Sequence record: PZ168832.1
Source: a phage
Reading direction: 5' to 3' (one strand)
DNA length: 64,000 bases
The notes under the pieces were generated by a model, which was not told the DNA's origin, made no database searches, and saw nothing but the letters and a program-made list of their open reading frames with translations. Shown one piece after another: positions 24,287 to 32,062 of the stretch. The number at the start of each line of letters is the position of its first letter. Within the stretch, counting starts at the first letter, position 1. The translations under genes and the position numbers were made by a program.

Positions 24287-24628
24287 TTAATTTCTTTTGA
24301 GAGGAATATGACGGTGGCTGCCATTATTTGGTTTAATAATGAGCATAAAAACGATTAGAAAGATGATGGCTGATATACTTAATTCAATCAGCGCGGCTTG
24401 AGATATGGATTGGTCTTCGTGATACTGCTTTTGCATTTCCGCTTTCTTCTGAGCGCAAACTTCAGGTGATATATAATCGCCTTTTGAGTTGCCATAATAA
24501 ATCTCGCCATTCTCAGAAATAAGTCTGCCGCAAATATCAGTTTCAGCCTTTGCGCTTGACATCATAATGACGGTGCCGATGATAGCGGCAATTGTCCAGA
24601 TTAGCAGTTGTGATAAAGTGTTGTTCAT
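24287..24628 (-). CDS. secreted/membrane-anchored hypothetical protein
   Basis: Internal ATG with AAGAGGT SD. Signal-like MNNTLSQLLIWTIAAIIGTVIMMSSAKA and a C-terminal TM segment LIELSISAIIFLIVFMLII. Confidence 0.5.
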   Translation of the reverse strand: MNNTLSQLLIWTIAAIIGTVIMMSSAKAETDICGRLISENGEIYYGNSKGDYISPEVCAQKKAEMQKQYHEDQSISQAALIELSISAIIFLIVFMLIIKPNNGSHRHIPLKRN

Positions 24629-24824
24629 GATGACCTCTTTAAATTCCCTTCCCACATCGGGAAGGGTGAATATTATTTTAAACGAAAGAATAGGCGCGTG
24701 CCACACAGAGAGTCCCAACGGCCTTCGCCGTCCCATATCGAACCAACGCCAGCAGTGATTGGGCCAGCAGAATTGGCGGCATTGGCCCAAGCGAGACGTT
24801 TCAACTTCCAACTGCACCAACGAT

Positions 24825-25058
24825 TCACAGTTCACCTCCAGATTGCAAAACAAGTCCCGCATAGAGGATTGCTAAAGCTAAAGGCGCACCACTTCCAGCT
24901 TCTCTATTCTCTTTGATTTGAAGAGTGTCCTTAAGGAATTGCAGCTGAACGTTGAATTCATTTTCAATTCCAAGCACTCCAGCTAATTCTTTTACAGAAT
25001 CTGCATATGCCTTGTCTAGCACTTCTTTTGGTACTGTTAAAGTCAATTCATTTGCCAT
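24825..25058 (-). CDS. hypothetical protein with a hydrophobic C-terminus
   Basis: Internal ATG (MANELTL...) with GGAGTGGAAAG SD. Confidence 0.4.
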   Translation of the reverse strand: MANELTLTVPKEVLDKAYADSVKELAGVLGIENEFNVQLQFLKDTLQIKENREAGSGAPLALAILYAGLVLQSGGEL

Positions 25059-25269
25059 TTTCTTTCCACTCCACAAATGTGCTGCCACTTGTTTCTCTAT
25101 TTAGCAGGTATCTGCCGCGCATTCCATGAAGGCTGAATTCAACCGTCGATGGATTAGATTTTGAAAGCCACATCGCTTGACCGTCGAATGGTCCGCCAAC
25201 GCATGTGTATTTGGCTTTTGGCTCACTCCTTTTGGGCCGTTTTGCCCGCTCTTTGATTGATAGTCTCAT
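25048..25269 (-). CDS. hypothetical protein
   Basis: 73 aa with AAGGTGAAG SD and TGATG overlap. Confidence 0.5.
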   Translation of the reverse strand: MRLSIKERAKRPKRSEPKAKYTCVGGPFDGQAMWLSKSNPSTVEFSLHGMRGRYLLNRETSGSTFVEWKENGK

Positions 25270-25484
25270 CAGTCTTCACCTTGAGATTCAAGACAAGTAA
25301 GAACAAGCCATGTCATCGGAAGAATCAAAACCAGAGAAATAAGGGACCAGATGGACCAGCACAAGATGACAGACTTGAATGTGTGAACGTCGCCAAACGC
25401 AGCAGTGAAACAAAATCCCATCACGAAAGCAAGCGCGGTGGAGTGGTTATCAATGGCTTTGATGGCACGGTCGATGAGTTTCAT
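25269..25484 (-). CDS. small multi-TM membrane protein (holin-like topology)
   Basis: 71 aa with GGAGGT SD. Two or three hydrophobic segments and an acidic C-terminus ESQGED. Confidence 0.5.
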   Translation of the reverse strand: MKLIDRAIKAIDNHSTALAFVMGFCFTAAFGDVHTFKSVILCWSIWSLISLVLILPMTWLVLTCLESQGED

Positions 25485-25573
25485 ATTACCTCCGGTTTTG
25501 AGTTAATATGATTATAACGCAGAGCTTCAGAAAGGCAAACTTTTTGTGAATTTATGCCGTCCATGGCAAATGA

Positions 25574-25804
25574 TTAGTGAGAAGACACGACTAATGTGCC
25601 GCTTCCTTTCGCGAAAATCTCAACACCTGGCGGGATTGTGACCGTGCCAACCACTGCGATTCCGATCAACTTGTCATCGGCTTTTTCTTCGAAACAGATC
25701 TCTGCGGCACCGCCGCGAACTTGAATAAGTGCGCCTGATACGTTTTCAGCAACAGAAAGAACGGAAGTGTAAGATGGAGTGAGTTGAATATTTACTAGGG
25801 CCAT
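25574..25804 (-). CDS. hypothetical protein
   Basis: 76 aa with AGGAG SD. Confidence 0.55.
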   Translation of the reverse strand: MALVNIQLTPSYTSVLSVAENVSGALIQVRGGAAEICFEEKADDKLIGIAVVGTVTIPPGVEIFAKGSGTLVVSSH

Positions 25805-25818
25805 GATTTACTCCTGAT

Positions 25819-25845
25819 AAAAAAATGGCCAGAAAGAATCTGGCC
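25819..25845 (-). terminator. terminator-like hairpin located inside the 5' leader of gene 25574-25804
   Basis: Minus strand GGCCAG-ATTCTTT-CTGGCC-A-TTTTTTT, between the predicted promoter (25886-25914) and the SD. Confidence 0.55.
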
Positions 25846-25885
25846 GAAAAGATCACCCTTTATCCACTACTAAGCTGGAATCATA

Positions 25886-25914
25886 ATTTTACTTGATATA
25901 GCTGTCGCAAGCAA
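25886..25914 (-). promoter_or_regulatory. sigma70-like promoter for the leftward accessory block
   Basis: Minus strand TTGCTT, 17 nt spacer, TAAAAT. Overlaps the terL promoter back-to-back. Confidence 0.5.
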
Positions 25915-25922
25915 ACTATAAT
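25893..25922 (+). promoter_or_regulatory. sigma70-like promoter for terL
   Basis: TTGATA, 18 nt spacer, TATAAT. The -10 element ends at 25922, directly abutting ATG 25923. Confidence 0.55.
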
Positions 25923-27383
25923 ATGAATAAAATATTAACACATAATTGGAAAGTCATGTACCAGTTGAATCCTGCTTTAAGAGAAGTCTGGAAGACGAAA
26001 GCGCGATACAAAGTAATATACGGCGGTCGTGCATCTTCCAAATCGCATGATGCCGCTGGTTTTGCTATTTATTTGGCGGCAAACTTTAAATTAAAATTCC
26101 TTTGCGTTCGACAATTCCAGAACAAGATTTCTGAATCAGTATATACGCTATTAAAAGACAAAATAGAAATTTCTGATTTCAAAGATGAGTTCAACTTGTT
26201 AAAGAACTCCATTGAACACAAAAGAACAAAATCTGAATTCTTATTTTACGGTATCGCACGCAACGTTGACGAAATCAAATCAACAGAAGGCGTTGATGTT
26301 CTTTGGCTTGAAGAAGCGCACGCACTTACTGAAGAGCAGTGGGACATCATTGAGCCGACAATTCGTAAGGAAGGGTCCGAAATATGGATCATATTTAACC
26401 CTGATGAAGAGGCTGATTTCGTCTACCAGAACTTTGTTATGCGACCGCCTAAAAATGCCATCGTTAAGAAGATTAACTGGCAGGACAATCCATTCTTGTC
26501 GCAAACAATGCTGGACGTTATCGCTGGCATGTATGAGCGCGACCCGAAAAAGGCAGAACACGTTTATGGCGGAGTACCGAAGACAGGCGGCGACAAGTCG
26601 GTCATCAACCGTGCATTCGTCAAGGCCGCACTAAACCTCCACAAACACCCTACGTTGGGATGGAGCTTGTCAGGGTCTAACCGTATAGGCTTTGACGTGG
26701 CAGACGACGGCGACGACTTAAACGCCACAGCATTTGTCACGGGCAACGTATTGCGCGGCATAAAGACATGGGAAGGTCTGGAAGATGAATTGCTTAAGTC
26801 CGCAAGCGGAGTTTGGAAAGATGCATTAACATTCGGCGCATCAATTACCTATGACGCCATCGGTGTTGGTGCATTTGCTGGTTCAAAATTTGATGAGCTT
26901 AATGAGTATGCAATCCATGAAAATCCAACATTCCCAAGAATCGAATTTAATGCGTTCAACGCGCAAGGTGCTGTTGATGATCCTGATGACGTCTTCCTTG
27001 AGTTACCACACGTTGAAATACTCAATAAAGACCATTTCGCAAACATAAAAGCGCAAAAATGGACTGAGATTGCCGAACGATTCAGGAAGACATATGAGTA
27101 TGCAACAGGGCAGGCCGTATACCCGACTGATGAGCTGATTTCCATCGACACAGACGGCATTCCAGAACTTGGGATTCCTGCTTGGTCTGCGGAAGAAATT
27201 GAGACATTTCTTTTTGAGATGTCAGCGCCGCGCAAAGACACGTCTGTGCTTGGTAAGTTTAAAGTTGAATCGAAAAAGGATATGGCAAAGCGTGGAGTCA
27301 AATCGCCTAACAAAGCGGACGCAGCAATCATGGCGTTGATGAAACCAATTGTTGCAGCATCCGGCTTCTTCTCTAACCTTTAA
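25923..27383 (+). CDS. terL: terminase large subunit
   Basis: Walker A-like YGGRASSKSHD and Walker B VLWLEEA, with a C-terminal nuclease-type region. Met12 (25956, GGAAAG SD) is the better-supported start because ATG 25923 has no SD and abuts the -10 element. Confidence 0.85.
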   Translation: MNKILTHNWKVMYQLNPALREVWKTKARYKVIYGGRASSKSHDAAGFAIYLAANFKLKFLCVRQFQNKISESVYTLLKDKIEISDFKDEFNLLKNSIEHKRTKSEFLFYGIARNVDEIKSTEGVDVLWLEEAHALTEEQWDIIEPTIRKEGSEIWIIFNPDEEADFVYQNFVMRPPKNAIVKKINWQDNPFLSQTMLDVIAGMYERDPKKAEHVYGGVPKTGGDKSVINRAFVKAALNLHKHPTLGWSLSGSNRIGFDVADDGDDLNATAFVTGNVLRGIKTWEGLEDELLKSASGVWKDALTFGASITYDAIGVGAFAGSKFDELNEYAIHENPTFPRIEFNAFNAQGAVDDPDDVFLELPHVEILNKDHFANIKAQKWTEIAERFRKTYEYATGQAVYPTDELISIDTDGIPELGIPAWSAEEIETFLFEMSAPRKDTSVLGKFKVESKKDMAKRGVKSPNKADAAIMALMKPIVAASGFFSNL

Positions 27384-27386
27384 CAA

Positions 27387-27626
27387 TTAAAGCATTCCGT
27401 GCTGAAGGTCGAGTTTTCTTGCGGCAAACGACCTGGCACGGAATCGCTTACCCGCCCTTACTGCCTGTCGAATCTTCTTTTGCAAACACTTACGATCAAA
27501 ATCGTTGCGGTCGACGGCTTCGAGTAAATCACGACGCAAAGCACCCAGTGTCGACTTTTCAGAGACTTCAACGCCCAGCGCCGCTGCAACGTCTTTCAAA
27601 ACATCGAGTTCGGTTAAAGTTCTCAT
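27387..27626 (-). CDS. hypothetical basic protein
   Basis: 79 aa with AAGGGGA SD. 4-nt overlap with the upstream gene. Confidence 0.5.
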   Translation of the reverse strand: MRTLTELDVLKDVAAALGVEVSEKSTLGALRRDLLEAVDRNDFDRKCLQKKIRQAVRAGKRFRARSFAARKLDLQHGML

Positions 27627-28039
27627 TTGATAATCCCCTTGATGTCTGATTCTGCCATAAAGATTGGAGTTCCGCCGCCAGGAACAATCGAGCGCGTGAC
27701 TTTATCAAACATATCGTTTTCTTCAACTTGAATACGATAGAATTTATTTTTGGATGAAGATGGGCACAATCCCATAAATTTGCCGATTCCGCGAACGCAT
27801 TCATCTTCAAAGTATACTGTTTCACCTTGAATGGAGTCGATGTTGTCTACTGGATAGACTTTGCGACCCAACAACCACTCATCCAAAGTAGCTTGCAAGA
27901 CGTTTCGCGCATCTAAAATCCACGGGTCAATAATAGCACCTTCATATCGCGCAGCAGTGGCTTTTGCCAGCTCTTCATATTCGCATACGTTTACCACTTC
28001 GCCTTGATGAAGGACGACAAATACAATTGTTGTGCTCAT
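27623..28039 (-). CDS. hypothetical protein
   Basis: 138 aa with AAGGAG SD. Confidence 0.55.
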   Translation of the reverse strand: MSTTIVFVVLHQGEVVNVCEYEELAKATAARYEGAIIDPWILDARNVLQATLDEWLLGRKVYPVDNIDSIQGETVYFEDECVRGIGKFMGLCPSSSKNKFYRIQVEENDMFDKVTRSIVPGGGTPIFMAESDIKGIIK

Positions 28040-28134
28040 TTCAATCTCCTTTCGTTTGGTTAACTAAAATATAACTCAAAATGATACAAAAGCAAAATAT
28101 TTTATGAACTATTTATGATTACTATACATATCAT

Positions 28135-28163
28135 TTGCTTACAAACACATGAATATTTATAAT
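28135..28163 (+). promoter_or_regulatory. sigma70-like promoter for the portal gene
   Basis: TTGCTT, 17 nt spacer, TATAAT. Confidence 0.6.
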
Positions 28164-28201
28164 ATAGATTGATTCCCTTTCACTGTCAGGTGGCGTTAAC
28201 A

Positions 28202-30577
28202 ATGAAAATTCTTGGCATAAAACTCTGGGAGAAGACGCAACCAGAAGCCGAACCAGCGGAGATGCCGCCAGGCGACCCATTGGCACCGTTTGAACGCCTT
28301 GAAAGGCGCGGCAGCGGTCAACGCTGGGAAAAGACTGAAAGCAATCGACCGACCTTTAAAACGGTTGATGACTTCCCTTTATATGAGCCTGATATTAATG
28401 GCGATGGTGTTGCAATCATAAAAGGTCGTTCAGTCGATTCCGCAACAGTATCCAAAAAGGTTATGGATAATGCCTTAAAGAACATCAGTTCAGAAGGGCA
28501 AGTCAACCCATACACAGTACCTATTCAACTTCAAAACTGGTATTTGTCACAGTCATTTATCGGCTATCAAGCTTGTGCCATCATCGCACAGCATTGGCTG
28601 GTGAACAAGGCTTGCTCTATGGTAGGCCGTGATGCAGTGCGTAAAGGTTGGGAAGTAAAATCAAGCTCTGAATCAGAATTGTCTGTGCAGGCCAGCGAAC
28701 GCTTAAAGCAAATTGATAAAGAATTTAATATCAAAGAGCACTTAGTTGAAGCCGAACGATTCAAAAATATTTTTGGTATCCGCGTCATCATATTTGATGT
28801 GCGTAGCGATGATCCAGAATACTACAGCAAACCTTTTAACATTGATGGTGTGACAAAGGGGTCTTATAAGGGAATCATTCAGGTTGACCCTTATTGGATG
28901 ATGCCATTTTTGACGTCTGAAAACACCGCCGACCCTGCATCACAGCACTTCTATGATCCAGAATACTGGGTGATCAGCGGACAACGTTATCATCGAAGCC
29001 ACCTGATCATTTTGCGAAACGATGAGCCAGCTGATATTCTCAAGCCGACTTATATTTACGGCGGCATCCCTCTGACTCAGCAGATTTATGAACGCATCTA
29101 TGCCGCTGAACGTACCGCTAACGAAGCGCCATTGCTGGCGATGTCCAAGCGTACAACCACGCTGCGGACCGACGTTGACAAGGCGATTGCCAATGAGCGG
29201 TCTTTTGCTGAACGTCTGATGATGTGGATTAAGTACCGCGACAACTATGCAGTCAAAGTGCTTGGTCAAAAAGAAGAGATGGACCAGTTCGACATCAACT
29301 TGTCAGACTTCGACAGCATCATCATGAACCAGTACCAGCTGGTGGCCGCAATCGCAAAAGTTCCGTCGACCAAACTTCTTGGGACTTCGCCAAAAGGCTT
29401 TAACGCCACTGGTGAATTTGAGATGGTCAGCTATCACGAAGAGTTGGAAACGTGCCAGCAGCATGACCTGACAAAAATTCTCGACCGCCATTACAAAATC
29501 CTTCTCAAATCAGAAGGGGTGGAAGTCGACGTTAAGGTTGCATGGGAACCAGTTGGCTCACTTACTGCTACTCAACTTGCAGAAATCAACGACAAGCGAG
29601 CTAACACTGGCAAAACTCTCATTGATGCTGGCGTCATTTCTCCTGATGAAGAGCGCGACCGCATCAAAGACGACAAAAACAGCGGCTACAACCGTCTGCC
29701 GGAAGACGCAGCAGAAGAAACCCCAGGGATGTCTCCAGAGAATATGGCATTGCTTGGCAAGTCTGCTGGTGAAGTCCTGCAAGGTAAGGCCGATATTGAA
29801 CAGGCGAAAGTTGATGTCGTTAAGATGGGCGGCCAGTTCTATAGCGAAACAGGTATTATGCCAGAGGGTGCCGCGCGTGGTGAGTTGGCGGAAAACCCTG
29901 ACAAAGCGCCTGTCGAAATCAACATGGACGATACCGATGATGAATCAAGCCATCAGGTTGATGTCCTAACGCAGTTGAAAGAAGGGCTGGAGGGTATTGC
30001 GGATTACTACCTGAAAGAAGGTCAGGATGTGGATTTTGACCCTCAAAAAGATTCACGGTCGGTGCAACCGTCTACCCTTCCAAGCGTTAAAGGACACGTC
30101 GTCAACTTACGCCACAACGTGGGTAAAATGGACGCAGCATCATTACCTAAGATGAAGTTGCACGGAATGATTCTTGGCATTGAGAATCCGCGAAACAGCA
30201 TTCGTAGAGGAAACAGCCTTGACGGTGAATGGGCCGTGAAGATGCCGCACCACTACGGATTCATCAAGGGCACCAAGGGCGCAGACGGTGATGAAGTCGA
30301 CTGCTTTGTGGGTCCAAATCTGAAGTCGCCGAAAGTCTTTATCGTGAACCAAAACGATAACTACTCTGGCGAGTTTGATGAACACAAGTGTATGCTTGGA
30401 TTCGATTCAGCAGAAGAAGCGAAAGAAGCTTATCAAGCATCATTTGGTAACGGTTGGAACGGATTCGACTCAATCCACGAATTAGATGTGAACTCATTCA
30501 AGGAGTGGTTGAAGGGTGATTGCTCTCAAGCATACGGAGCACTCAATAATCCTACTAATTCACCGAAGCAAGGTTGA
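28202..30577 (+). CDS. portal protein with a C-terminal inorganic-pyrophosphatase-like domain
   Basis: 791 aa from ATG 28202 (AGGTGG SD). Assigned as portal by size and by position after terL and before the Mu-F-like gene. The C-terminus HHYGFIKGTKGADGDEVDCFVGP resembles the family-I PPase core. Confidence 0.75.
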   Translation: MKILGIKLWEKTQPEAEPAEMPPGDPLAPFERLERRGSGQRWEKTESNRPTFKTVDDFPLYEPDINGDGVAIIKGRSVDSATVSKKVMDNALKNISSEGQVNPYTVPIQLQNWYLSQSFIGYQACAIIAQHWLVNKACSMVGRDAVRKGWEVKSSSESELSVQASERLKQIDKEFNIKEHLVEAERFKNIFGIRVIIFDVRSDDPEYYSKPFNIDGVTKGSYKGIIQVDPYWMMPFLTSENTADPASQHFYDPEYWVISGQRYHRSHLIILRNDEPADILKPTYIYGGIPLTQQIYERIYAAERTANEAPLLAMSKRTTTLRTDVDKAIANERSFAERLMMWIKYRDNYAVKVLGQKEEMDQFDINLSDFDSIIMNQYQLVAAIAKVPSTKLLGTSPKGFNATGEFEMVSYHEELETCQQHDLTKILDRHYKILLKSEGVEVDVKVAWEPVGSLTATQLAEINDKRANTGKTLIDAGVISPDEERDRIKDDKNSGYNRLPEDAAEETPGMSPENMALLGKSAGEVLQGKADIEQAKVDVVKMGGQFYSETGIMPEGAARGELAENPDKAPVEINMDDTDDESSHQVDVLTQLKEGLEGIADYYLKEGQDVDFDPQKDSRSVQPSTLPSVKGHVVNLRHNVGKMDAASLPKMKLHGMILGIENPRNSIRRGNSLDGEWAVKMPHHYGFIKGTKGADGDEVDCFVGPNLKSPKVFIVNQNDNYSGEFDEHKCMLGFDSAEEAKEAYQASFGNGWNGFDSIHELDVNSFKEWLKGDCSQAYGALNNPTNSPKQG

Positions 30578-30578
30578 T

Positions 30579-31430
30579 ATGGCTTTTAAAGCTTCGAAAA
30601 AACGTGAACGCCGCTCACCCGATAGAATCGGACGCGGCAGTCCGATAATCCCATCAAACGCTATTGCGATGGCCTACCGTCGTGAGATGAAAGGTCTTTG
30701 CTATGCGATGATTGATGACTATCAGGCAGGCATTTCAGAATGGCTTGACAAGAAGCAGGTGCAGAAGTTTTTTGCGCAAGACTCTGCTGATTCGACATTC
30801 CAGACCCTTATGAAACGGCTGCAACTGAAATGGGCAAAGGCGTTTGCACGTGTTGGGTCGAAGATTGCCGCTGATTTTATCAAATCGGTCGAAAAGGGTG
30901 CCACTTCTGCTACATTCGCAAGCCTTAAGTCCGCAGGCATAGAAGCGCCAAAGGCCACATATAACAAATTCGTTGAGAACACTCTTAGAACAAGCGAGAA
31001 GTTTAACACGACTCTAGTGACTAAGGTCGGCGAGGATATTCACAACAGGGTGTACGAAGCGGTGATGCTTTCGCTGACTTCGCCAGACCCAGCACAGCAA
31101 GGCGCATCCGGCATTCAGGCGGCATTAAGAAATGTCAAACACTTCTCTGCAAAACGCGTAGACCTTATCGCCAAAGACCAAACGAGCAAACTTTATTGCG
31201 TATTAAGTGATGAAAGGATGCGACAGAATGGCGTGGAGGAATTTGAGTGGGCGCATTCAGGAGCAGGCAAAGAGCCGCGAATATCACATGAGCACGTCGA
31301 CGGCATGAGATTCAAGCTTGATGACAAACGCTTATGGGAAGTAGGTGGAGAACTTAAGTTCAAAAAGGGTGACATCGGTCCTCCTGGATGGGCAATACAC
31401 TGCAAGTGCAGAAAAATACCAATTATCTGA
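30579..31430 (+). CDS. head morphogenesis protein (Mu F / SPP1 gp7 family)
   Basis: Internal ATG (MAFKASKKRE...). The C-terminal HEHVDGMRF...GPPGWAIHCKCRKIP matches the Mu-F signature. Confidence 0.8.
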   Translation: MAFKASKKRERRSPDRIGRGSPIIPSNAIAMAYRREMKGLCYAMIDDYQAGISEWLDKKQVQKFFAQDSADSTFQTLMKRLQLKWAKAFARVGSKIAADFIKSVEKGATSATFASLKSAGIEAPKATYNKFVENTLRTSEKFNTTLVTKVGEDIHNRVYEAVMLSLTSPDPAQQGASGIQAALRNVKHFSAKRVDLIAKDQTSKLYCVLSDERMRQNGVEEFEWAHSGAGKEPRISHEHVDGMRFKLDDKRLWEVGGELKFKKGDIGPPGWAIHCKCRKIPII

Positions 31431-31502
31431 ATTAAGATAGTTGTAAATAAGCGCAATTTAAACTGTGCAATTATTAATTTGATATGAACTAAAGAGGAAG
31501 TT

Positions 31503-31640
31503 ATGCAAAAGATTATTCAGTCACGTTATGTTAAAGTGCGAAATATTAATTGCAACTCTTTGCTTTCTTGGAAATGGGCTGTTTATGACTCAATGCTGAT
31601 TGGCGTTTTAGTTGCTGGAGTGCTTTTTAATATTCACTGA
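31503..31640 (+). CDS. hypothetical small membrane protein (45 aa)
   Basis: Below the ORF cutoff. AAAGAGGAAG SD. ...WKWAVYDSMLIGVLVAGVLFNIH. Confidence 0.4.
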   Translation: MQKIIQSRYVKVRNINCNSLLSWKWAVYDSMLIGVLVAGVLFNIH

Positions 31641-31672
31641 ATCGCCTGGCAATGGATTGCCGCAGGATTTCA

Positions 31673-31950
31673 CGCGTATAATGACGTATCATCCGTATCA
31701 AGTAAGTAGTTGTTTTCAAAAGAATCTTACGGATGATACGGATGATACGCGTTGCCGCGATACTTTATAGGAATTCAAATAAATTAATTTAAAATTATAT
31801 ATCTAATTTAATTTTATTTTTTTATAAACTCTTATATATGAAAAGTATCCGTATCATCCGTATCATCCGTAGCACACCAGTGATAGCGCGGCTTATACAC
31901 CGATACGGATAAAAATACGCCTCATTTTATCCGTATCATCCGTATCACAC
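31673..31950. repeat. iteron cluster B, colinear with cluster A
   Basis: ATGACGTATCATCCGTATCA (31681), TTACGGATGATACGGATGATACGCG (31728), AT-rich core 31765-31840 with GAATTC...AAATTAATTTAAA...TTTTTTT, GTATCCGTATCATCCGTATCATCCGTAG (31845), CGATACGGATAAAAATACG (31901), ATCCGTATCATCCGTATCAC (31929). Confidence 0.85.
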
Positions 31951-32004
31951 TAATTAAGGCGCGGCTATATCGGTTGTTATACATATTCAAACCATAATTA
32001 TTGT

Positions 32005-32033
32005 TTGCCTAAGTTTTTTTCATTAGATATAAT
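32005..32033 (+). promoter_or_regulatory. sigma70-like promoter for the scaffold-capsid operon
   Basis: TTGCCT, 17 nt spacer, TATAAT. Confidence 0.6.
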
Positions 32034-32062
32034 ACACAATACTTATTTGAGGGTGGATGCGA

